Below are positions 24,550-36,148 of a stretch of DNA of 64,000 nt, one piece after another. The translations under genes and the position numbers were made by a program. The notes beneath the pieces were generated by a model, which saw nothing but the letters and a program-made list of their open reading frames with translations, did not search any database and was not told where the DNA came from. The stretch is from Tubulanus polymorphus (Eukaryota; Animalia; Nemertea): positions 13,204,050-13,268,049 of the forward strand of contig NC_134026.1 of assembly GCF_964204645.1 (NCBI RefSeq), read 5' to 3'. How positions within the stretch are numbered: position 1 is the stretch's first letter; each line of letters starts with the position of its first letter.

Positions 24550-24904
24550 TTATATAATAAAAAAAACTAAAATTTAAAATATAATATTCCTCCTATTACA
24601 GGGCCTATTATAGATTTACCGTCATTAAAACTTGTTTAAAATCAGGCGGTTGTTCTTCAGTTATGCCGTGTTCATCAAAAGTATCCATTCCAATATCTTC
24701 TCCATCTTCTACATCCATTTACATAATAAAAAAATTAAAATCTAAAATATAATATTCCTCCGATTACAATTCCTATACAAGTTATAGCTAATTTAGTATT
24801 TTCATGGGATTTATTTATCATCATCTAGTTTAATTATTTCATGTTGAATATTATCAGTTTTTATATCTTCTGATGTATTGTAATCTTTTATTTTAGAATC
24901 ATTA

Positions 24905-25394
24905 TTAGGGTTTTCTGACTTTCGTCGAAAACCCTCTTGAAATTCTGTTCATTATTATTATTATTTATTTTCCGCCGATTTCGTCAAATAAAATTCATCT
25001 TCATTCAGATTCGGCAACTGACAGCTTCGAAACGAAATGTATAAATTGATACTGTAATAACGGTCTCTCTGAACCAACAGATTGTCTGAATGTACTTTCC
25101 ATCCTATTTGAAACTTAAAATTACTTATTAGGTTACTGTAAATAAAGAATTGAATTGAATTGTTAGACAACAAGCACCGGCGAAATAACAGTTTGTGACG
25201 TCATTTAGTAAGTAAATAAAGGAGGGCTCCGAGAATTTCCAAATCACGGGGACTATACTGGGGTTAGACCATTCAACCAAAAAGAGGATTGCTCCGATAA
25301 TATCCAAATCATCTCATTTTATTTTTTCCATCGAATACCCGGTAATTAATTTTTCCTTTCGATCACATGCATCCAGAAAACCCGTTATCGCTGC
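24905..25394. mobile_element. Non-autonomous Helentron/DINE-like (HINE) insertion
   Basis: Absent from the paralogous position near 53370. Sub-terminal IRs GGGTTTTCTG / CAGAAAACCC, a 5' inverted partner GAAAACCC, a (TTA)n tract and a truncated 3' tail. Confidence 0.55.
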
Positions 25395-26569
25395 TTCTTA
25401 GTTTTACTTTCTGTCGATTGAATATGTTTTTTATTTTTTTCACCTTCCATTAATTTTGGAGCAGTGATAATCTTTTTATTTATATCATTTAATCCAAATG
25501 GATTATTTATTGTTGCAGTTTTAATTAGATTATTATAACCAATTATATTTCCCATCTTTAATACTAAATCATTAGAAATAATTAATAGATTAGGGCCTAT
25601 ACAATAATTTAATCTAATATGTGATTTATCTAAATAATTTTGATATCTTAAAATGTTTTCTGGAATCGATCTATTTTTATCATTATGAATTGAATCTTCA
25701 AATAATACTTTGAATTGTTTCTGTGTATCAAATGATGTATTTAAATTTCCTAGAATACATATCAAATAAGTTCTAATAGATTGATTTATTCTTTGTATAC
25801 CTGATTTTGTAAAACCTTCATTATTTTCTAAAATGAAATAAACCCAACCATTATTGTTTTCTTGTTTTAAATGATCATAAAATTTCGGTAATTTATTGAA
25901 ATCTAATGTTTCTAAATCCTTAGTTTCTATTTTACCATAACCTAATTTATTACTATAGATATTATACAAACTATTAGATGGTATGGGAAGTGCACAATAT
26001 TCTGCAATCTTTTTAGGGCAAGGAAGTGATCTTATTGTTCCAATTTTTGTTCTAAAATCAGAATTATTTATATCTATATTAAATTCATTGCAAATTTTAT
26101 AAAACTTTGATAAATTAATATTATTATCTAATTCTTTAAAATATCTAGATCCTGGTAAAGCACACTCTAATTCATTTAATATTATTCTGATTTGAAAGTA
26201 TGTATGATATCTAAATAAACTTTGAATTAATTTATATTTAGAATTATTCAAATGATCATTCCAACTAATTCCACAACCTGTTGTTGCACAATAAACGGCA
26301 AAATTTAATTGGTTCTGCCAATACGTCATATTAGATTTTAATAACCATTGTTTTTCATCTTTCAATTTTTTGAAATCAATTAAATATACATGAAATATAT
26401 TTTCCATCTTTGCATTACAATTATTAGTTTCAGTAACATAAATTTCTAAATTAGTTAATGAATCTAAAACTTCATTTCTATATGTAATATCTTTATTAAA
26501 ATCTATTGCAGGAATATTATATTTAATTGATTTATTATATTGGAAATCTTTTGGAAAAATATCTACCAT
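25385..26569 (-). CDS. Conserved hypothetical structural-block protein; C-terminal TM anchor cut off by the insertion
   Basis: YWQNQLNFAVYCATTGCGIS and FRxHTYFQIRIILNEL shared with 33331-34632 and 53205-54563. Confidence 0.75.
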   Translation of the reverse strand: MVDIFPKDFQYNKSIKYNIPAIDFNKDITYRNEVLDSLTNLEIYVTETNNCNAKMENIFHVYLIDFKKLKDEKQWLLKSNMTYWQNQLNFAVYCATTGCGISWNDHLNNSKYKLIQSLFRYHTYFQIRIILNELECALPGSRYFKELDNNINLSKFYKICNEFNIDINNSDFRTKIGTIRSLPCPKKIAEYCALPIPSNSLYNIYSNKLGYGKIETKDLETLDFNKLPKFYDHLKQENNNGWVYFILENNEGFTKSGIQRINQSIRTYLICILGNLNTSFDTQKQFKVLFEDSIHNDKNRSIPENILRYQNYLDKSHIRLNYCIGPNLLIISNDLVLKMGNIIGYNNLIKTATINNPFGLNDINKKIITAPKLMEGEKNKKHIQSTESKTKKQR

Positions 26570-27017
26570 TTATATAATTAAAAAAATAATAATTTATTAA
26601 TTCTTTTAATAATTTATCTTGTTCTTCAACTGTTATATGGCCATTTAAACTTATAATATAATCTAGTGTATTCTTTAATTTATTAATGTCTTTTATATTA
26701 GTTTTAATTTTTTCTTTATTACTTTTTATATTTAATTTTGAACTTATACCAGTTAAAACACTTGAACTTAAACCTAATACACCAATTGATATAGTTAAAG
26801 GTGTTAATGGGCTGAATATTGCTAAAAATGTTATTACAAAACTAATTGTAACCGAACCACTTATAATCAAATAATATATAATTTTACTTTTTAAATATTT
26901 TTTCTTTTTAACTTTTAAATCACTTTCAAATTCTAATATTTGTTTTTCTAAATATATTTTTAATTCAGTTTTACTTATATCATGAGGAATAATATCAATA
27001 TCAACTTTATCATCCAT
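26535..27017 (-). CDS. Two-TM membrane protein (homologue of 32880-33314)
   Basis: Near-identical to 32880-33314 with two hydrophobic segments; the stop codon is altered here. Confidence 0.7.
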   Translation of the reverse strand: MDDKVDIDIIPHDISKTELKIYLEKQILEFESDLKVKKKKYLKSKIIYYLIISGSVTISFVITFLAIFSPLTPLTISIGVLGLSSSVLTGISSKLNIKSNKEKIKTNIKDINKLKNTLDYIISLNGHITVEEQDKLLKELINYYFFNYINGRYFSKRFPI

Positions 27018-27379
27018 TTATTTAGAAAAAAAATTACTAATTAGTAAATTTATATGCTACAAATATAACAATAACTAATCCGCCTTAAATCCAAATTATT
27101 TCATATTTCTGTTGTTCTTTACCTGGGGTATAATAATCTGATATTGTAGGTTTATGTAGATGCAATTTTTCTTTATTGGTTACCGCGTTATATAAACTCA
27201 TTGCATCATCAACTGATTGAAAATCTCTATGTGAAATCTTCTGATCATATAATTCCTTGTTAATATGATCCATATAGTTTTGTCTTTTTTCTCTATATTC
27301 TTCTGCTGCTTTATTGTATTTTTCTAATGCTAAGTTATGTCTTCTTTGTTCTCCTAATGAACTATTTTTATCAATATTA

Positions 27380-29975
27380 TCAACCACATGTTTTGTTATT
27401 CCTTTTATCTTTTTAGCTTCATGATCTTTTGTTCTGTAACCATACATTTTACTTCTTATCCCAACAAATTCAATCATTTCATCACCCCCTAATTCATCTT
27501 TAAATTTACCAGGAATCTTTTTATCATCATTGCTAAATAGTTCATGATCTTTGGGATAATTGCTAAAATCAAAATGATGTTTTAATGTTTTTAAGTCTTT
27601 TGTTATGTCATTTGTCTTGATTTTTAGTATGTAGGCGTCCGTATTTTTGGCAATTAATGGAAATCCACAGTTGAATGTACCATCTTCAGTTGATTAATCA
27701 TATACATAATCTGATGAGTTACATATTTCAAATAAATCTTTAACTTCTTCTGTTAACTCATTTTCTACATGGTTTAAATTAAAGCAATTTGGTTTAGATT
27801 TAATCAATCCAATATTCATATTAAAACCTAATGAATTGCATAATATATTAACTTTTCCTTTTTGTGCAAAGGTTATCTTTTTATACTTAATAAATTTTTT
27901 AGTACCATCTGCTGCGTAGAATCCAATGAAGAACCATTTTCTTAAATTATCTTTTGCATTTAATACATAATCTGGAACTATCTTTTCTTTTGTTGAAGTA
28001 TTACTTTTCACTATTGCATGAATATAGAATTCATCATTATATTTTATAGCAAAATCTTTAGGATTATTTACAAGTATTCTATAAACTGCTGATGATTTCA
28101 TAACATCCATGATTCTAAATGTTTTATGTGAATAAACTTCTTCACAGAATTTCTTAATTCTTTCTAATAATTTCAAGTCTTGATTGCATAAATACCAACA
28201 ATATTTATTACCCCAAACATAATTATACACACCTGCTGAACCATCACCCATGAAAAATCCTTTGATAAAATATTCTTTTTCTTCTAATGTTTCAGGTTCT
28301 ATATTATAAATATTATCAATTATTTCATCAAATGACATATGATTTATTCTTTGGAAAAATCTTTTATGTAATAATTCATCTCCAATTTTTATATCAGTTG
28401 GTTTTATTTCATCGCCATTTCGTTCAATTGAACTATGATCTTCTGTAACATCTACAAACCCTAATTTAGTTCTAACTCTATAGATTTTCTTATTTGTTTT
28501 ATGCCTAATAATATTCTTCAATTTTTTCCATCCATTTCTTGTCCAAACATCCATTAAACCATTTATTTGTATTAATTCTTTTTCACCATATGAAATATAA
28601 CATTCATTTTGTTTTGGAATTATTTCTGAAATTCTTCTGATCAATATTTTATCATTACATTTTAATAATATTGGGGTGACAGCTGTTACAGAATCAAAAT
28701 ATAATATTTCAATATGCTTTTCCCCAAAAAGTGGTTGTAAAACATTATAATAAAAATCATACATTAATAATTTTGATACTTCTAAAACAGTTGAACCAAT
28801 GAATATAGGTTTATTAGATTTCATTGACGTTCTTTTTAATTTAACTACTGTTAAATAATCTTCAAATCTTTTTATTTCCTAAATGTCTAGGACTTGATTG
28901 TAAATGTCTTAATCGTTCAGAATTAATTACTAATTCAATATCATTTCTATTTCTAATATTTTCACATGTGTTACCATAAAAACTATTATTAATTAATTTG
29001 AAGAAATCTTTTTCAAAATCTGTTTTTGATATGGTTCTCTGTTGAGTATTGAAATCTATATATTTTTCTAACCACTTCGATTGATTAAATTCAATATATC
29101 TATGTACTTTCTTTAATTTCATTCCTTGTTTTAGATAAAATTTTAACATTCTATAATGAACAATATAATTATATTTATTATTTTGAGTAAGTATTAATTT
29201 TTCTGTAAAAACATGATCTTTCTGTTTTATTTTCTTCTGGTATTCATTTGAATAACTATCATCTACAGTTAAATGTTCTGGGCAATAAGGTAAGTTTCTT
29301 GTTTTAAACTTTATATTTTCAGGATATTCTAAATCAACTACAAAGAAATAACCAATTGGTGCTTCATCTTTTAAACTCGCAATTGCGCTTTCCCAATCAG
29401 TTTTATCATCATTTTCAACTTCTGTTAATATAAAATTTTTATATGGTTGAGGTTGCATCATCGCCCAACCATATTAATTATTGGCGTCACTATATAATAA
29501 TTTATATTCATCATTTGCTTTAAAATACCTATCTCCCATAACACCACTAATTCCACCTCTAATTGATCTTTCAAATAATAAAACCATGTCTGGTTCTTTT
29601 AATAAATCTAATTCTACATTTGTGTATTTTAAACCACATTGCCAGGTTAAACCAGGACTAGAGTAGCAATAACAAGGATCAACATTAAAATGATTCAAAT
29701 TAACTTCTCTAAATTTTTCAAATATGTCAGCCAATATCATAACATCTGATTTTAAATGTAAATCAACTAATTCGCCATGATTTTTCATCTTAAAATGGTT
29801 CCAAATATTTAATGTTCTATTAAACACTTCGTCTTTCACATACTCCTCTTTTAATTGATCATAAAATTGATCTTTTAATAATTCTGTTACATTAAAATCA
29901 TTGTGTGTTTTATAAAATGAATAAGGAATTGCACCTTTATATCTCAATAATTTAAAATCTTGTTCATTTGGATAA
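27380..29975 (-). pseudogene. polB: Protein-primed family B DNA polymerase (pPolB), partial, intein-containing
   Basis: SSPGLTW, IRGGIS, motif A DANN*YGWAM, motif B FFKLINNSFYG, motif C LYFD-[intein]-TDA, then IPGKFKDE and EFVGIRSKMY. Stops at 29474 and 27694; frameshift near 28860. Confidence 0.93.
27643..28692 (-). mobile_element. Intein with LAGLIDADG homing endonuclease (350 codons, one premature stop)
   Basis: Block A SVTAVTPILL, block B VDVTEDHS, blocks C/E FIKGFFMGDGS and FFIGFYAADGT, block F YVYD*STEDGTFNCG, block G LIAKN then +1 Thr. Removing it restores YFDTD. Confidence 0.93.
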
Positions 29976-30013
29976 TAATATCGAGTTATAACAAAATCAT
30001 TATCAACTAAACA

Positions 30014-30176
30014 CTAGAACAAAAGACCATGAAGCTAAAAAATTAAAAGGAATAACAAAGCATGTGGTTGATAAACACATAAAATTTCAAGATTATATAA
30101 AGTGTTTATATAACTCAATTGTAATGAAACATAAAATGAATTGTTTAAGATCAGAAGATCACGCGATGTACATTAA
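30014..30176 (+). pseudogene. polB: pPolB C-terminal fragment
   Basis: RTKDHEAKKLKGITKHVVDKHIKFQDY...NCLRSEDH, overlapping homology with 27380-27440 and 60558-60685; followed by unrelated, GC-richer DNA to about 30640. Confidence 0.8.
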
Positions 30177-30719
30177 CGCTGGGGATATATTTCTTCATTA
30201 TCCATTCAATGTGGGGGAATTAAATTTGGCCTTTATTGTCTTATGATTTCTATGTAAAGTTAGATACATTTCCAGTGTAGAGACCCTCCTAAAACCAGTA
30301 TCTGTTATGAAGCTAATAGGTATCTCTACCAGAAAATGTTAGTTACAAAAAGTTTGGACCTACGGGTGCAAGGTAGGACCCCCCAAAACCTGAGGTCAAG
30401 TTGAGGTCACGCAACCAAAAAAGTCGACGACAACCAGTACATACTGCCTGTGTGTGTAGAGTATATACAATCGCTTGTGAGCTCTCTATAGAGCATGCTG
30501 ACTCAGTGTCAGCAGCCAGGCTCGACTACTTTGCCATCTATCGGGGCTAATAGGAACCGTCACTTGAGGCGTGACCACGACCTAGTCTCTTTGTTTAAGC
30601 TGTCACGTGAGGCGTGACGACGCCAACTGAAGAGTTGAAAGAGAAGAAACAAAAGAGAACGAGATAATGAAAAGAATTCTAACGTGTTAATCAAATTTTA
30701 ATAAAAATATGTTATTAAA

Positions 30720-31055
30720 ATGGAGAGTAAACAAACACACAGGGAGAACAACAAATTATTTCTAGATAGAATAAAAGTTATCACAAATGTAAAATCTGTA
30801 GATTATAAATTCAAAAAGTTAACAGAATTAACAATTCATGAGAAATATCTAATTACAAATATTGATACTAATAACTATGGAGATGAATTAGTTATACACT
30901 TAGAATATGAAGGATTAAAAGGAAATACATATAAATTCAGAACCAGATAGATTTCATAGATTATCAAGTGAAGATTTAGAAGAATTATGTTCTGGAGATT
31001 TCTATTTCGTATACAAAGGTAAGAAAAGGGGCACCATGAAATAGATTTCGAATAA
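30720..31055 (+). pseudogene. Small hypothetical protein, frameshifted, distantly similar to 46171-46497
   Basis: Shared F-KL-(E/D), YG(D/E) and terminal GHH(E/D) pattern. Confidence 0.5.
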
Positions 31056-31072
31056 GAAAATATGTAAAATAA

Positions 31073-31827
31073 ATGGTAGAATTAAAAGAATACAGAATAT
31101 TTGTTGATTCAAGAAAACTTACAAATTATAAATCTCATAATTTACTAGTACAATTAGATGGGGAATATAAAAATTGTGTTGATTTAAAATTAGTTAATAT
31201 AAGTTTATGTAATTCTTTTCATAATATATCGAATAAAAGTCTTGATCATTAAGCTTTTAAAATTCATGTTAGAAATTTGGATAAATGGTTTCATCTTTAT
31301 CTAAAACCAGGATTATATAATTTAGAAACATTAGCGCAAGAAATTAATAGAAGAGCTCGTTTAAAAATGGGCGCAGCTGCTAGATTTGAAATTAAATTTA
31401 TCAAAAGTGATAGTTCGAATAAAATAAGAATGAAGTTAACTAATGAACAACATAGATTTCTAGTAAGAAAACCTTTAGCTAAACTGTTTGGAATTCTCCC
31501 AGATAGAGATTATTCAAGTATCGAAACTTATACAAATTTAATGACTTTTACACATTTTTATATTTATTGCAATTTAATTGATCCTACAAAAACATTTGAA
31601 GCAACTAAAGAAACAATTTGTAGTTCTAGTATACTAGATATTTTACCGCTAAAAATGTTAAACAATTTGTAACTCAAATAAATTATAATTTAACAGAATG
31701 TGATTTCAAACCATGCATTCCTAAATTTAATAATTTTAAATTAGAAATAAGAAATCATAATGGTTATTTAATTGATTTGAATAATTTCCCTGTAATTTAT
31801 GAATTAGTTATAAGATGTAGAGAGTAA
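31073..31827 (+). pseudogene. Putative minor capsid (penton, single jelly-roll) protein
   Basis: IFVDSR..., NSFHNIS, LKPGLYN, FYIYCNLI and C-terminal KLEIRNHNGYLIDLNN..YELVI, a pattern typical of Polinton/virophage/NCLDV pentons. One stop and one frameshift. Confidence 0.65.
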
Positions 31828-31844
31828 TTTTTTTCACTATACAA

Positions 31845-32147
31845 ATGAATATAACTGTTGGGCCGAGCATATGTTTTGGATTTGATTTTAAACGTGAGAA
31901 AGAAATGAAATTTAACGTTAATGATGTAATTACACATATTAAAAATATTGCATTTTCAAATGAAACAACATTTGAGTATGAAACAACAATAGATAAAGAA
32001 ACTTTAAATGTAGAAAAGATTACTAATTTAATTAGAGAATCTTTAAGATTTTATGAATTAGATGAAGATTTTATCATCGATGATATTAAAAAAATAATAA
32101 TTGAAATATATACAAATGAAACTAGTAATGAAATAAATGTTGAATAA
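31845..32147 (+). CDS. Hypothetical protein (homologue at 58058-58405)
   Basis: Near-identical ORF in two copies. Confidence 0.65.
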   Translation: MNITVGPSICFGFDFKREKEMKFNVNDVITHIKNIAFSNETTFEYETTIDKETLNVEKITNLIRESLRFYELDEDFIIDDIKKIIIEIYTNETSNEINVE

Positions 32148-32437
32148 ATAATCATAAATAAGATAACTAAATATTTTGATGATAGTAATTTTTTTGATAA
32201 ATAAATGAGTGATAATAAGTGGATAATAACTGGATTATATAATGGAGCATTACTATCAGTTGGAACTGTTGGTTATTCAATGTATTTAAAATGGGAAGTG
32301 TTAATGTTGATAGATTTGATATAAATGATATTTTAAAATTAACGTTAGCAGTTACTTTATCTAATTTAACTATTGATTATTTAGAAAAACAAAAATATAT
32401 TCCTCCCATATAAATGCATAATTATTTTACTAAATAA

Positions 32438-32863
32438 ATGGCTTCTGCAGTTATAACTATTATAGGATCGGCAATTGTTAACGCTTTAGCATTTACTGGT
32501 GGTGGATATTTATTTAAGCATATTGATAAAAATGGATCATTAACAGAACAAAAAAGACATAACTTAGCGTTAGAGAAATACAATGAAGCTGCAGAAGAAT
32601 ATAGAGAAAAGAGACAAAACTATATGGATTACATCAATAAAGAATTATATGATCAGAAGATTTCACACAGAGATTTCCAATCAGTTGATGATGCAATGAG
32701 TTTATATAACGCGGTAACCAATAAAGAAAAATTACATCTACATAAACCTACGATATCAGATTATTATACCCCAAGTAATGAACAGAAGAAATATGAAATA
32801 ATATGGATTTTAGGTGGAACTGTTATTGTTATATTTGTTGCTTATAAGTTTATTAATTGGTAA
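32438..32863 (+). CDS. Membrane-associated protein with hydrophobic N- and C-termini
   Basis: MASAVITIIGSAIVNALAFTGGGYLF..EQKRHNLALE..C-terminal TM; homologous remnants at 27040-27378 and near 55.1 kb. Confidence 0.75.
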   Translation: MASAVITIIGSAIVNALAFTGGGYLFKHIDKNGSLTEQKRHNLALEKYNEAAEEYREKRQNYMDYINKELYDQKISHRDFQSVDDAMSLYNAVTNKEKLHLHKPTISDYYTPSNEQKKYEIIWILGGTVIVIFVAYKFINW

Positions 32864-32879
32864 TTTTTTTGCTAAATAA

Positions 32880-33314
32880 ATGGAAGATAAAGTTGATAAT
32901 ATTGATATTATTCCTCACGATATAAATAAAACTAAATTAAAAATATATTTAGAAAAACAAATATTAGAATTTGAAAGTGACTTAAAAGTTAAAAAGAAAA
33001 AATATTTAAAATCTAAAATTATATATTATTTGATTATAAGTGGTTCGGTTACAATTAGTTCTGTAATAACATTTCTAGCAATATTCAGTCCATTAACACC
33101 TTTAGCTATATCAATTGGTGTATTAGGATTAAGTTCAAGTGTTTTAACTGGTATAAGTTCAAAATTAAATATAAAAAGTAATAAAGAAAAAATTAAAACT
33201 AATATAAAAGAGATTAATAAATTAAAGAATACACTAGATTATATAATAAGTTTAAATGGCCATATAACAGTTGAAGAACAAGATAAATTATTAAAAGAAT
33301 TAGTTAATTATTAA
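32880..33314 (+). CDS. Two-TM membrane protein
   Basis: Intact 144-aa ORF with two long hydrophobic segments and a TAAATG start. Confidence 0.75.
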   Translation: MEDKVDNIDIIPHDINKTKLKIYLEKQILEFESDLKVKKKKYLKSKIIYYLIISGSVTISSVITFLAIFSPLTPLAISIGVLGLSSSVLTGISSKLNIKSNKEKIKTNIKEINKLKNTLDYIISLNGHITVEEQDKLLKELVNY

Positions 33315-33330
33315 TTTTTTAATTATATAA

Positions 33331-34632
33331 ATGGGGTTTCCAAAAGCTTTTCAATATAATAAATCAATTAAATATAATATTCCTGCAATAGATTTTAAAA
33401 AATATATTACATATAAAAATGTAGTTTTAAATTCATTAACTAATTTAAAAATTTATGTTACTGAATCACAGTTTTTTATTTCTAAAATGGAAAATATATT
33501 TAATACATATGAAGTTACTTTTACTCGAGATGAATACCATATATATAAAGTAAAATCTAATATGAAATATTGGCAGAATCAATTAAATTTTGCTGTTTAT
33601 TGTGCAACAACAGGATGTGGAATAAGTTGGAATGATCATTTAAATAACTTAGATAAAAATTTGAAGTATTCTGATTTAAAATTAATTCACACAATATTTA
33701 GATTTCACACATATTTTCAAATCAGAATAATATTAAATGAATTAGAATGTCCTTTACCCGGGTCTAAATATTTTAAAGAATTGGATAATAATATTAATCT
33801 ATCTAAGTTTTATAAAATATGTTATGAATTTAATATAAATATTAATTCCGATTTTAGAGCGCATGGTAAATTGCAAGGTGTTGGTGAAGAGTATGAAATA
33901 AAAAGAATTGATTATATGCATAGAATTTCAGCTTATCATAATTATAAAATTGATAATAATAATGGTTGGGTTAATTTCATTTTAGAAAATGGTGAAGGTT
34001 TTACAAAATCAGGTATACAAAGAATAAATCAATCTATTAGAACTTATTTGATATGTATTTTAGGTGCGCAAGTTGAAACAAGATCACCAATAGTTGGAAA
34101 TGATAACACTTCATTCGATGCGCAGAAACAACTCAAAGTATTATTTGAAGATTCAATTCATAATGATAAAAATAGATAGATTCCAGAAAACATAGTAAGA
34201 TATCAAAATTATTTAGATAAATCACATATTAGATTAAATTATTGTATAGGCCCTAATCTATTAATTATTTCTAATGATTTAGTATTAAAGATGGGAATTA
34301 TAATTGGTTATAATAATCTAATTAAAACTGCAACAATAAATAATTCATTTGGATTAAATGATATAAATAAAAAGATTATTACTGCTCCAAAATTAATGGA
34401 AGGTGAAAAAAATAAAAAACACATTCAATCAACAGAAACTAAAACTAATAATATTAAATTAAATAATGATTCCAAAATAAAAGATTACAATACATCAGAA
34501 AATATAAAAACTGATAATATTCAACATGATATAATTAAACTAAATGATGATAATAAATCCCATGAAAATACTAAATTAGCTTTAACTTGTATAGGAATTG
34601 TAATCGGAGGAATATTATATTTTAAATTTTAA
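33331..34632 (+). pseudogene. Conserved hypothetical structural-block protein with a C-terminal TM anchor
   Basis: Single in-frame stop at 34177-34179; otherwise continuous and homologous to 25385-26569. Confidence 0.75.
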
Positions 34633-34647
34633 TTTTTTATTATGTAA

Positions 34648-36118
34648 ATGGCAGAAGGTGGAGAAGATTATGAAATGGAAGGCATGGGAAATAATAATGA
34701 AGGATATATTGATGATGATTATAATGATGCAGAAACTAATATTGATGATGGTAATGAATCAGCATATAATTCTAATTTAGCAGATAGTGGTTCTAAAGCC
34801 CCATCAACAGATGAACATGATAGAAGAACTAGATCGAGAATACCTACTGAAAATGAAAATCCAGGTTTATTAAAGGAAAATTTAGAATATAAATTCTTTA
34901 TACATAAACTCCAACCTGTATTTGAAAGATCTGGATATAATATAAATGATAGAGGCACCAGACTTTTAGTAAAAGAATTAAAGTTTTTAGATGGTGAATA
35001 TTATTATAGGTTGAAAGATGATTCGGATTATTATATTAATTTATAAAGAGGAAAAAATAATAGCAAAATCAACTTTGCTTAAGTTTGACTCATCTAGAAT
35101 CAAGAGAATAAGAAATAGTAATGAAATAGAAGATGTAACACAAGAAGAAATAAATCAAATTAAAAGAGTATTTAAACAAAGAATTAATGAATTATTTGAA
35201 ACAATCAAAAATAATTTAGAAACAGAAACAACTTCTGAACAGAATATAACTTCCAAAACTAGTAAACTTAAATCAAATAAAGTTCCAATTGAAAAACTTT
35301 TACCAAATGGATTACTTGATGCAACAGATCAAGAATTAGAAGATTTAGATATATTTTCTGATAAAGCAATAAGAGAAATTATTAGTATAAGAAATGAAGC
35401 TGATAAAATTGCGCATGATAAAAGTATAAGAGATTTTAAAATTAGAACTTTGGAAAAAGACAGAACTGATAAAATTAAAGAAATAGAACAATTAAAATTA
35501 GATAGAGATAATAAAGTTATTGAAGAAATTGAATTTAAAAAAAGAAATGCATCTTTAGGAAAAGAAAAAGATGATTTAGAATATAACATAGAATTACAAA
35601 AAGAAGAAATTAAATTATTATTAAAATCATATGATTATAATATTAATAGATTAAAAGTTATTTTTAAAGATTTGTTGATTAAACCAAATTCTGAAATATC
35701 ATTGAAAGATAGAATAAAATTGTTATTTAAATTAGAAGGAATAACAATTCTTTCAATTCTAACAGCTGTAACTATGTTATTTACAACAATTGGTTTAGCA
35801 ATATCAAATTCACTGAAATCTACTCCTACTCCCAATAAACCAGATAAACCCCCGAATGATAATAATTCTATACAAGATAAAGTTAAGGATGGTTTGAAAA
35901 AATTAGCAAAATATTTATGGGAACTATCTAAAAAATCTGCTGCAGCATTGCCTGGAGTTATTGCATCAATTGTTGGTTTTATATTGAAATCTGCAGGAAA
36001 CATTATTAACTTTGCTGCAGAACATATTATTTTATTTTTTACAGTTATATACAGTTGTAAGTGCTATATTTATTACAGTTGTAAGTGCTATTATTTTTGG
36101 GTTAGTACACATGATTAA
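34648..36118 (+). pseudogene. Coiled-coil protein with C-terminal TM/amphipathic helices
   Basis: Two overlapping ORFs (frameshift near 35040); a short duplication near 36040-36090 corrupts the end. Confidence 0.72.
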
Positions 36119-36148
36119 AAATAAATAATTAATTTTTTTGCTAAATAA

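Larger units (their letters stand above)
20928..29975 (-). mobile_element. Maverick/Polinton-like virus fragment A (degraded)
   Basis: pPolB plus a structural gene block colinear with 32.4-37.4 kb and 47.4-55.3 kb; contains stops, frameshifts and deletions. Confidence 0.88.

Noticed and set aside
27643-28692. Hedgehog-type Hint domain or self-splicing intron ORF
   Set aside because: In-frame insertion in PolB motif C with terminal Asn, +1 Thr and internal LAGLIDADG motifs fits a true intein.
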